Assembly (NCBI GenBank): GCA_965140415.1
Contig: OZ223209.1
Location: 1,632,001 to 1,696,000 of the forward strand
Origin: Myxococcota bacterium
Lineage (GTDB): Bacteria > Myxococcota_A > SURF-8
DNA length: 64,000 nucleotides
Direction of reading: 5' to 3'
Positions 40,036 through 48,576 of the stretch are shown here, piece after piece. A program made the position numbers and the translations under genes. Each line of letters begins with the position of its first letter. Position 1 is the stretch's first letter. The notes below the pieces were generated by a model. The model searched no databases and was not told the origin of the DNA. It was given only the letters and a program-made list of their open reading frames with translations.

Positions 40036-41163
40036 ATGAAGAATTGGAAGCTGATCATACTCGTTCTGATTTTCGCAACCAGCGCAGCCTGCACGGTTGA
40101 CGAGAACTCGGGTCTGCTTATCAGGGGATTTCTTGCCTGCGGGGAAGAGGAATACCCTAAAGAAGGCCAGGATGCAAAGTATCAAACCGGTGGTGTTTAC
40201 GACTTGCTCGTAGCGAAATATTACATCCCCTACGATGGATATCTAGCTCGAATCGCCGTCGAGAATACACGCATGGAGAGCCTGAACGAGGATTCTCTTG
40301 CGGGCGAAGGAAACATGATTTACCTGAGCCACTACGAAGTCAAGTTCGAGTTCCCGACTGACTGGGAAGTGGACTTGAATCCGAGTACGCCGGAAATGGA
40401 TGATACCATCCGTATTTCCACCCAGCAAGGTATGGCTCCGGAAGCGCAGTTATTGGACACTGTTTATCTAATCCCGGAAAGCGTACGCCAGGTTCTGGAA
40501 GAATATTACATCAACAATGCGTACAAATCAGTTAAGGAAATCGCGTTGGATAGACCCGATGCAGCCAGAGTGGCTTGCACGGCAGATACTGCTGCGGATA
40601 TCTGCGATGGCTACCCCTGTATCGGTGGATTCTGTTCCAATGCCTGTACGCTGGTTACGGGTTGTGCAGATGGTTTCATGTGCGATTTGGGTGCGGGTGA
40701 TTTCGGCTATTGTAGAAGGGCTTGTGAAGCAGGTGTGAACGATTGTAAGCAAGCTGGTGATCTATTGGATTACGAATGCGTCAAGGGTATGTGTGTGCCG
40801 TCCAATACAACGGTCAACCCGCATCTTCCGGAAGACATTATTTTGAAAATAACGGCTGTTGCCAAAGACGCCGCTGATCTTACGATTCGGTCTAACACTG
40901 TGCAGTATCGGTTGAAGGTTTGTCGCTCCTGTTCATTGGAATTCAACGCCTGCGCTTGTTTCCGTACTCCTATTGGCGACGGAAGCGCTCAGGAAGAATG
41001 GACGACCTACCTTTCCACATTGGAGTATACGGAAGGTGTATGTGGAGATACTATGGTGATGCAAGATCGCGACATCGAATGTGCTTACCTGAGGGATTGT
41101 TATGATTGGTACTGTGCAGACATCATTACGGATGCTGCTGCTCGATTGGCTTGTGGATATTAG
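40036..41163 (+). CDS. Cys-rich lipoprotein of unknown function, last gene before the terminator of the pilMNOPQ block
   Basis: GGAGG before ATG 40036; lipobox-like SAAC; central Cys cluster. Confidence 0.7.
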   Translation: MKNWKLIILVLIFATSAACTVDENSGLLIRGFLACGEEEYPKEGQDAKYQTGGVYDLLVAKYYIPYDGYLARIAVENTRMESLNEDSLAGEGNMIYLSHYEVKFEFPTDWEVDLNPSTPEMDDTIRISTQQGMAPEAQLLDTVYLIPESVRQVLEEYYINNAYKSVKEIALDRPDAARVACTADTAADICDGYPCIGGFCSNACTLVTGCADGFMCDLGAGDFGYCRRACEAGVNDCKQAGDLLDYECVKGMCVPSNTTVNPHLPEDIILKITAVAKDAADLTIRSNTVQYRLKVCRSCSLEFNACACFRTPIGDGSAQEEWTTYLSTLEYTEGVCGDTMVMQDRDIECAYLRDCYDWYCADIITDAAARLACGY

Positions 41164-41182
41164 CCTAACGCGCTTTTGCGAT

Positions 41183-41209
41183 AAAGGCGGGGTTTTTCCC
41201 CGCCTTTTT
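41183..41209 (+). terminator. Intrinsic terminator
   Basis: AAAGGCGGGG-TTTTT-CCCCGCCTTT followed by TT. Confidence 0.85.
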
Positions 41210-41303
41210 CTATGTTCAGCTAAAATGTTGAATTGCTTGACGTGTTACCTTATGTTGGATACAAATAAGGCTGATTCTTTGCTTGGGGTATAGTGGTCGC
41301 GTA

Positions 41304-41753
41304 ATGAAGGATTCGATTCAGACAATTACTCTCGCGGAGCTATATCTTGCACAAGGACATCCGCGAAGAGCGGATGCAGTTGCACGGAAGTTGCTGGAAA
41401 AACAACCTGGCGATGTACGCGTGTTGGCCTTGATTGAACGTATCGCGAAGTATAGTGAAACAGAGGCAAATTCTGAAGAAAGTCCGGTGCGTCGCGAAGA
41501 AGAACAATCGTTACGATTCGATTGGCAAGCGTTTACTCCTGTTGAGCAGAAGAAAAAGGAAGTTTCAAGACAGGAGAATAATATAGAGGCTCAGGTCGGA
41601 CAAGAGACACGTAAAGTGGTCCAAGAGGAACCAGCCACGCTTCGAGAACGTGCAGTTGATCTAGGGACAGAAGTAGTCGAGCGATTGGCAAGTCATGCCG
41701 GTGACCGGCTAAGCAGGATGCTGGATCGAATTCGCGAGAGGAGACGTCGGTGA
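41304..41753 (+). CDS. Small TPR-like protein
   Basis: T.TLAELY..QG motif; GTGA overlap with the roadblock gene. Confidence 0.65.
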   Translation: MKDSIQTITLAELYLAQGHPRRADAVARKLLEKQPGDVRVLALIERIAKYSETEANSEESPVRREEEQSLRFDWQAFTPVEQKKKEVSRQENNIEAQVGQETRKVVQEEPATLRERAVDLGTEVVERLASHAGDRLSRMLDRIRERRRR

Positions 41754-42112
41754 TATTTGAAAAGAGTTTCAATGCGTTGATGGAACGATTGGATCAGGGG
41801 CTGGCCTGTTTATTGATGGGTACAGACGGTATTCATGTCGTTTCCGTGATAAAGCCCGGTGTGGAACTGGACTTGGAGTTGATGGGTGCGGAAATTTCCG
41901 TTTTCGTCAATCAGTTGAGAAAAGCCGCCTTTGCATCTCAGTTCGGTCAGAGTCGGGAAGTCGTTATTCGATCAAGCAAAACGAAAGTATTGCTGCGTGT
42001 ACTGACAGACGATTATTTCGTCGCATTGGTTATGAGTGCAGAAGCAACCGTGGGTAAAGGACGATTCCTGTTGGATCTTGTCGTTCCTGAAATATTGGAA
42101 GAATTAGAATAA
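41750..42112 (+). CDS. mglC: Roadblock/LC7 domain protein, MglC-like
   Basis: LMG.DGI, DYFVALV, GKGRFLL motifs; lies between pilQ and efp as mglC does in Myxococcus xanthus. Confidence 0.72.
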   Translation: MIFEKSFNALMERLDQGLACLLMGTDGIHVVSVIKPGVELDLELMGAEISVFVNQLRKAAFASQFGQSREVVIRSSKTKVLLRVLTDDYFVALVMSAEATVGKGRFLLDLVVPEILEELE

Positions 42113-42172
42113 TCGAGTCAAATGCAAACTGAATTTTGATTCGCTCAGGAAATAAATAAAAAGGAAATAAGC

Positions 42173-43255
42173 ATGCAAGAAAACAACCCGATTCGTTTCA
42201 CTGTAGAAATGTTGTTTTCGGAATATCGTTTGGATGCACTGTGGGTGAAAAACCTTGTATCGATAAAATATCTAGCTGGATTTACCGGATCCACGGCGAA
42301 TCTGCTGATCGAGGGGAATCAGTCTAAACTGATGATGGTGGATAGCCGCTATACCATTCAGGCTGGACAGGAGTGTGCAGGCAGCCGGGTTATTGAAATA
42401 ACAAAGCCTTTGGAAGATCTTGCAGAACAGGTTGTTGAATCGGGGTATAAACGCCTGGGTTTCGAGGCCAACCAGGCCACGTATGCAGATGTAGAAACGC
42501 TGAAAAAGTTGTTGCCGAACGTTGAACTGGTTGCTGTTGAGAAAAATCTGGCCAATCTGCGCGTTGTGAAAAGCTCTGAGGAAATCGAGAAATTAAAAAC
42601 GGCAAGTAAAATCGCAAATATTGCGTTTTCGGAACTGCTCGAGCAGATTCAGCCTGGCTGGACCGAAAAAGAGGCTGCTTGGTTTTTGGAAAAGCGCTTT
42701 CGTGAGAATGGTGCAACAGGATTATCCTTTGATACGCTGGTTTGTTCCGGTGCAAGGGCTGCAATTGTTCACGGGAAACCAAGCGATAAAAAGATCGAAA
42801 AGGGTGAACTGATTATCGTGGATCGTGGTCTGGTGGCCGATCACTTCTGTTCGGATGAAACAAACACGTTGTTGATGGGGAAAGCCGACGATAAACAGAA
42901 GGAAATCTACCAGATCGTGCTGGATGCCCATGATAAATGCATTGAATCGATCAAACCAGGGCGTAGTTGCATTGACATCGATGCTGTAGCGCGCGATTAT
43001 ATCCGTGAGAAGGGGTATGGGGACTACTTTGGCCATGGCACCGGGCATGGAATCGGTTTGGAAGTCCACGAGCAGCCGATGATTTCCCCGCGTGGCCAGG
43101 GAATTGTGGAAGAAGGTATGGTTTTCTCCGTGGAACCGGGTATTTATATTCCCGAGTGGGGCGGAGTTCGAATAGAAGATCTTGTCGTGGTGACCTCGGA
43201 TGGATGTGAGGTAATCACGCGTGCCGATAAAAAACGGTTCGAATTGGAGCGATAA
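42173..43255 (+). CDS. Xaa-Pro aminopeptidase (M24 family)
   Basis: YL.GFTGS, SFDT.V.SG, HG.GHGIGLEVHE.P, EPGIY, GGVRIED. Confidence 0.93.
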   Translation: MQENNPIRFTVEMLFSEYRLDALWVKNLVSIKYLAGFTGSTANLLIEGNQSKLMMVDSRYTIQAGQECAGSRVIEITKPLEDLAEQVVESGYKRLGFEANQATYADVETLKKLLPNVELVAVEKNLANLRVVKSSEEIEKLKTASKIANIAFSELLEQIQPGWTEKEAAWFLEKRFRENGATGLSFDTLVCSGARAAIVHGKPSDKKIEKGELIIVDRGLVADHFCSDETNTLLMGKADDKQKEIYQIVLDAHDKCIESIKPGRSCIDIDAVARDYIREKGYGDYFGHGTGHGIGLEVHEQPMISPRGQGIVEEGMVFSVEPGIYIPEWGGVRIEDLVVVTSDGCEVITRADKKRFELER

Positions 43256-43279
43256 TATTTCTGGAGTCAGGAGAGTCAG

Positions 43280-43849
43280 ATGGCAGTCATTTACACAAAC
43301 GAATTTCGCAACGGCTTGAAAATTGAATTGGATGGAACACCGTATGAAATCACGTATTTCCAAGCGGTTAATCCAGGTAAAGGTTCCGCTTTTACGCGTA
43401 CGAAGCTTAAAAATATGCTAACGGGAGCCGTGCTTGAGCGCACCTTCAAATCCGGTGAAAAAGTGGACAAACCGGATATGAGTGAAGCGAAAATGCAGTA
43501 TCTCTATCAGGATGACATCGGCTATGTCATGATGGATCTCGAAACCTTCGAGCAGGTGACAATCGAACGCGATGTAATCGGCGATTCAAAGGATTTCCTG
43601 ATTGAAAACGGGGAAGTGGATGTGTTGTTCCATAACAGCACTCCGGTAGGGTTGAGTTTCCCCAACCATCTGGTGTTCCAGATTACGCAGTGCGATCCTG
43701 GCGTGCGCGGCGATACCGCGACTGGCGCGACCAAACCTGCTACCCTTGAGACCGGGATGGTTGTAAATGTTCCTCTGTTTGTCGAAGAAGGCGAGAAGAT
43801 TCGAGTCGATACACGAACTCGCGAATATTTGGAGCGCGTCCGTGATTAA
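43280..43849 (+). CDS. efp: Translation elongation factor P
   Basis: PGKG.AF, PGVRGDTA, KPATLETG, VPLFV..G..I.VDTR. Confidence 0.98.
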   Translation: MAVIYTNEFRNGLKIELDGTPYEITYFQAVNPGKGSAFTRTKLKNMLTGAVLERTFKSGEKVDKPDMSEAKMQYLYQDDIGYVMMDLETFEQVTIERDVIGDSKDFLIENGEVDVLFHNSTPVGLSFPNHLVFQITQCDPGVRGDTATGATKPATLETGMVVNVPLFVEEGEKIRVDTRTREYLERVRD

Positions 43850-43927
43850 TGTGGTAGAGTAAGCGGATATGGGAAAACGTATGTTGGCAATGCTTACGAT
43901 CGTTTGATAACAGGAGACCCGCTGTCC

Positions 43928-46900
43928 GTGGCATTCAATAAAGAAAAAGTCACAGCCGTTGCGATGAAGCACCTTCAGAAGGGGGCGCTCGAAAAAGCGG
44001 TACGCGAATTCGAGAAGATCCTTGAAATGGAGCCGAGCGACGAGCGCACGTTGCAGAAAGTCGCCGATTTGTATGCTCGTATGAATCGCAAACAGGCGGC
44101 TCTAAATGCGTATCGGCGCGTTTCTGATTTGTACGTCAAGCACGGCTTTTACCTCAAGGCGATTGCGGTTTACAAGCAGATCCTAAAGCTCGATCCGGAG
44201 CAGATGGAACTGTACAAAAAGCTGGCGGAGATGTATCAGCAGCTTGGATTGCTATCTGAAACGATTCAGCAATACAAGATCCTGATCAAGTATTACGAGG
44301 AAAACAACAAAGAAGCCGAGGCGCTGGATGCGCTGAAAAAAATCGTCGAGATCGAGCCGGACGACCTGCCCAATCGTATTCGACTGGCTGAGGGTTTGAT
44401 TCGAAGCGGTAAAGCGGAAGAAGGTCTGGCGGAATACGATCAGGCTGCCAGCGAATTGAAACGACAGAAACGCGAAGATGACTATATTCGCGTTTTGGAT
44501 CGCATTGTGTTTCATGCTCCGGAGCGGATCGAACAGGGGCGTGAACTGTGTCGCCTTCTTATTGAACGTGGCGAGTCTCAAAAAGGACTGGTGCGTTTGC
44601 AGAAAGTGCTTAAGCAGCAGCCGGAAAGTATAGAGACTCTGGAATTATTGGCCTTGTCTTTCCAGAAGATGAGGCAACTGGTCAAAACCATTACCGTTTA
44701 CCGAGAGATGGCCCGGATTCTAAGATCGCGCGGCGATCATGCTCGGTTGGGTGATATTTACGACGCCATTTTAAAGATCGATCCCGAAAATCAGGAGGCG
44801 TTGGAGGGCAAAAAGGCAATTCCTTACTCGTTAGGGCGTCCTGGAGAGGATGCGACGCTTGGCGAGGATGTAGAGGATGACCTGGAGGAACTGGGTACGT
44901 TAAGCGAAGTTCCTGGGGGGAGTAAAACTCCCAAGAAGCCCAAACGACGTACGGCTCCGAAAACGCCCGATAAGCCATCTACCGTAAAACTGATGACCGA
45001 GGCGGAAGTCTTTACAAAATACGGATTGCACGATCAAGCCGAAAGCCGTCTACGCCAGATTCTGGAACTGGAACCTGCGAATCTTGAGGCGTTGCAAAAG
45101 CTTAAAGTCGTTCTGGTTGCACTGGAGGAACTTGAAGATGTCGAGCAGACTCTGGTGGAAATCGCTGCGCTGAATCTGGATGCCGGAAAATTACTGGAAG
45201 CGCGTGAGGCGTTGGACGAAGCGGTAAAGCTGGATATCAACGCACAGAAAATCAGCGGTATTTTAGATGAGATCGATCAGGGCGAGGCTGCTGGGGCGGT
45301 TGCGAAGTTGCGTGAACTGTTCCATTTACAACCAGTAGAAGCTGCGGCGGAACTGACCTTACCCGAGGTCGCGCCCATGGCTCCGATTAGCAACAGCAGT
45401 ACACAACCATTGCAATTGGAGCCGGATGTCGATGAATTCGGCGTGGAAGAAATTGAAGCTGTTGCCGAAGATGAACCACTGGTTGAACTTGATATCGATT
45501 TCGATCAGGAAGTTGAGTTGATCGACGACGATGACCTGCCTGTTGAGGAAATCGAAGCGGAGCCTATGGTCGAGGAAGAAGCCGAGCCGGAAATTATCGA
45601 GGAAGTTGAGCTTCCTCCGCACTTGCGTCCCGAAGCGCAAGCGGAATCCGTTGCGGCTCCTCCCGCTCGAGAAACGCCCAAGCCACCGGCTTTGCCGCAA
45701 CGGGACGGCATTGAGATCTCCGAAGAATTCGATGATGATGTACTCGACGAACTACTGATTTCCGAGGAAATTGAATCGGTCGAACCGCCGCCCATGCCTG
45801 CGGACTTGATCGGACAGACCGAAGATACTACTGGTGTGCCGGAAGCGGAGATCGAGGAATCCTTCGAGGAAGTTCTGGTTTTCGATGATATCGAAAACGA
45901 AGAGACACTTGAGGCGGAGTTGGTGGAAACTGTGGAAGAGGAGACTATCGAGCCGCCACCGCTGGACTTGATGGACGCGGAAGAGATTACTTCTACAGAG
46001 GAAGACTTGGAAGCTGGTGCCGATGACGTCCCGAGTGTGCCACAGGAACCTGTCTCCCAGGAAATCGCCTTCGAGGAAGTCGAGGCGGAAAGTGTTTCCG
46101 AGCCGAATGACGATCAAATCGTAGAAACAGCCGAAGAAGAAGCCGAATTCGCTTTGGAAGAGGATCTACGGGAAGATCGCTTACAAGAAGGTGAAGCTCA
46201 ACCGGAAGATCTCGACACCATCGGTTTGGATGACGTCCTGGAAGAGGTTGAGAGTGAAACCGTTTCGGAAGCTCCACCGCTTCCCGAAGAGGCCGAACTG
46301 GATTTGATGGATCTGGCCGACATTGAAATAGAGGAAGAAACTCTCTCCGTACTTGAAGAAGCGCCGGACCTGGAAAGTGTACCGCTGGAAGAGTTAACGG
46401 AAGACGTGGCTCAAGATTCGGAGGCGGAAGACGTCGGATTCCTATTGGAAGACGATAGCTCGGATACAAGCTTCGAAGTGGCGGAAACGGAAGTGGAACC
46501 GGAGCCCGAAGCACAAGAAGATCGAGAGTTGGAACTGCCTCCGATGGAACTGCCGGATCAGCAGTCGGTTGATCATCTACCGTTGGCGGAGTTGCTGGAT
46601 GAAGATCAGTTGGAGGATTTTGAGGAAGCAGAATTCTTCTTCGAGCAGGCGGTATATGCCGAATGCCTGGCAACTTACGAGGAGCTGCTGGAGCAATATC
46701 CTGCCCATCCGGAACTATTAGAAAAAGTAGAGACCTGCCGTCGAGAGCTGGACGAGGCTCAGCAGCGACGGGAGCACTTGCATCTGGACAAAAAGTGGAG
46801 CGCCGCTGTCGATGAACAGGCCGAGGAGATGGGAGCGGGAGAGACCCAGATGGAAGCCGTTGTCGATTGGTCGACATCCGAAAAGGAAGAGCGGTTGGCC

Positions 46901-47533
46901 GGTGGCGCTCAGGAGAACGGATCGGTGGATCTAGGTGCGGAAATCATGTCCGGTTTGGATTTGGATGATGACGACGATGAAGACGGTGAGCCGTTTGTCG
47001 GAGAAGGCAAACGAGTGCATGTGGCCGATCAGATCGCAGAAGATGAAACGGAAACCCATTTGAATCTTGGAATCGCGTATCGGGAAATGGGTTTGCTGGA
47101 TGAGGCGATTGGAGAGTTTCTCGTTGCCGAGAAGCGGGGGTTGTCCTTGCGTGCAACGATGCTGCTTGCGTTCTGTTATCTGGAAAAAGGTCGTCTGCGT
47201 CGCTCGATGGAATTCTTCCAAAAGGCCACCCAGCATGAAAAACTGACTCGCAGTGCATTTCTTGGAATGCGTTACGATTTGGGAATTCATTTCGAAAAGA
47301 CCGGTCAGGTTGAGCAGGCGCTAAACCAATATAAAGCCATCGAGCAGTTGCAGTCGGATTACCGCAATGTGGCTGAATTGATAGAAAACCTGGAGCAAGC
47401 AGGCGAGACGCCAGCCGAGCCGGGCGACCTTGAAAAGATTCTGGACGAAACCGATGTGGATGCGCTACCGGAGGGCGACCCTGAACCGGGACAGTCTCCG
47501 AGTCGCAACAAAGCCAACATTACCTATGTGTAA
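43928..47533 (+). CDS. sgmX: Large TPR protein, SgmX-like type IV pilus polarity/activation factor
   Basis: N-terminal TPRs (G..EKA..E..K.L...P; GFYLKAIAVYKQILKL), long acidic linker, C-terminal ETH.NLGIAYREMGLLDEAI.EF; lies between efp and exeA as in Myxococcus; GTG start 43928. Confidence 0.8.
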   Translation: MAFNKEKVTAVAMKHLQKGALEKAVREFEKILEMEPSDERTLQKVADLYARMNRKQAALNAYRRVSDLYVKHGFYLKAIAVYKQILKLDPEQMELYKKLAEMYQQLGLLSETIQQYKILIKYYEENNKEAEALDALKKIVEIEPDDLPNRIRLAEGLIRSGKAEEGLAEYDQAASELKRQKREDDYIRVLDRIVFHAPERIEQGRELCRLLIERGESQKGLVRLQKVLKQQPESIETLELLALSFQKMRQLVKTITVYREMARILRSRGDHARLGDIYDAILKIDPENQEALEGKKAIPYSLGRPGEDATLGEDVEDDLEELGTLSEVPGGSKTPKKPKRRTAPKTPDKPSTVKLMTEAEVFTKYGLHDQAESRLRQILELEPANLEALQKLKVVLVALEELEDVEQTLVEIAALNLDAGKLLEAREALDEAVKLDINAQKISGILDEIDQGEAAGAVAKLRELFHLQPVEAAAELTLPEVAPMAPISNSSTQPLQLEPDVDEFGVEEIEAVAEDEPLVELDIDFDQEVELIDDDDLPVEEIEAEPMVEEEAEPEIIEEVELPPHLRPEAQAESVAAPPARETPKPPALPQRDGIEISEEFDDDVLDELLISEEIESVEPPPMPADLIGQTEDTTGVPEAEIEESFEEVLVFDDIENEETLEAELVETVEEETIEPPPLDLMDAEEITSTEEDLEAGADDVPSVPQEPVSQEIAFEEVEAESVSEPNDDQIVETAEEEAEFALEEDLREDRLQEGEAQPEDLDTIGLDDVLEEVESETVSEAPPLPEEAELDLMDLADIEIEEETLSVLEEAPDLESVPLEELTEDVAQDSEAEDVGFLLEDDSSDTSFEVAETEVEPEPEAQEDRELELPPMELPDQQSVDHLPLAELLDEDQLEDFEEAEFFFEQAVYAECLATYEELLEQYPAHPELLEKVETCRRELDEAQQRREHLHLDKKWSAAVDEQAEEMGAGETQMEAVVDWSTSEKEERLAGGAQENGSVDLGAEIMSGLDLDDDDDEDGEPFVGEGKRVHVADQIAEDETETHLNLGIAYREMGLLDEAIGEFLVAEKRGLSLRATMLLAFCYLEKGRLRRSMEFFQKATQHEKLTRSAFLGMRYDLGIHFEKTGQVEQALNQYKAIEQLQSDYRNVAELIENLEQAGETPAEPGDLEKILDETDVDALPEGDPEPGQSPSRNKANITYV

Positions 47534-47591
47534 TTTCGACGTTTATTTGTTTTAGTCGTTGTAATCGCTTCGAAACAGGCGGTGGAGAGTC

Positions 47592-48557
47592 ATGCCGTAT
47601 AAGGAGTTTTACAACCTCGTAATCGAACCTTTCTCCAACGCCCCCAATGCGCGCTTGTATTTTCCCGGTCCACAACACGAACGCACCCTGGCGAAGTTAC
47701 GTTATGCCGTAGACAACATGAAAGGGTTGGCCGTCTGCACCGGAGATATCGGTGCGGGTAAGACCACGTTGGCGCGGCGTTTATTGGACAGCCTGCCGGA
47801 CAAGGAATTCGAGGCGGCGCTTTTAGTGATCGTTCATTCCGGTATTACGGCGAATTGGCTGTTAAAGCGGATCGCGTTGCAATTGGGTGTAAAGGAACCA
47901 GCCGCCGAGAAACTGGCTCTGCTGTCACAACTGTACCGTCGTTTGGTGCGACTGTATCAGGAGGGCAAAAAGGCGGTGGTGCTCATCGACGAAACGCAGA
48001 TGCTCAAATCGCGTGAGTTGATGGAGGAATTCCGGGGGCTTTTAAACCTGGAAGTTCCGGGGCGCAAGCTGATCACGTTTATCTTTTTCGGCTTGGACGA
48101 TCTGGACGATTCCCTCAAAATCGACGAGCCGCTTCGCCAAAGGGTCGCGGTGCGAACGCGCTTGATGCCGCTCGATCAGGAATCGACCGGCAAATATGTG
48201 CTGCATCGTCTGCAATTGGCCGGGGCGACCCGAACCGTGTTTTCTTCGGGTGCGTTGGTCGAAATCCACACCTGTAGTCGAGGCATTCCGCGTTTAATCA
48301 ATACCTTATGCGATAATGCGCTTTTCGAAGGCGCGTTGATTCGTGAACATGTCATCGGGGCGAATCTGGTGCGTCAGGTGGCCGAAGAGTTAGGTATGCT
48401 GGATGTAACTCCAGCGCAGCCGTCTTCTTCTGTGTCCGTTTCGGAATCGAAGCCGCAGAGCGGGGAGGAGAGCGGTGACGCGCCGGATGGTATGACCGCC
48501 CACAAGCAGGAGTTGGAAACCTTCGACGATCTGCTTCGCCAGATCGATAACGACTGA
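47592..48557 (+). CDS. ExeA/GspA-family AAA ATPase
   Basis: Y..FY.L..EPFS..P, G..GAGKTT, LIDE.Q, LRQR, S.GIPRLIN.LCDNAL. Confidence 0.9.
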   Translation: MPYKEFYNLVIEPFSNAPNARLYFPGPQHERTLAKLRYAVDNMKGLAVCTGDIGAGKTTLARRLLDSLPDKEFEAALLVIVHSGITANWLLKRIALQLGVKEPAAEKLALLSQLYRRLVRLYQEGKKAVVLIDETQMLKSRELMEEFRGLLNLEVPGRKLITFIFFGLDDLDDSLKIDEPLRQRVAVRTRLMPLDQESTGKYVLHRLQLAGATRTVFSSGALVEIHTCSRGIPRLINTLCDNALFEGALIREHVIGANLVRQVAEELGMLDVTPAQPSSSVSVSESKPQSGEESGDAPDGMTAHKQELETFDDLLRQIDND

Positions 48558-48576
48558 TTCTGAATAATATCGAACA

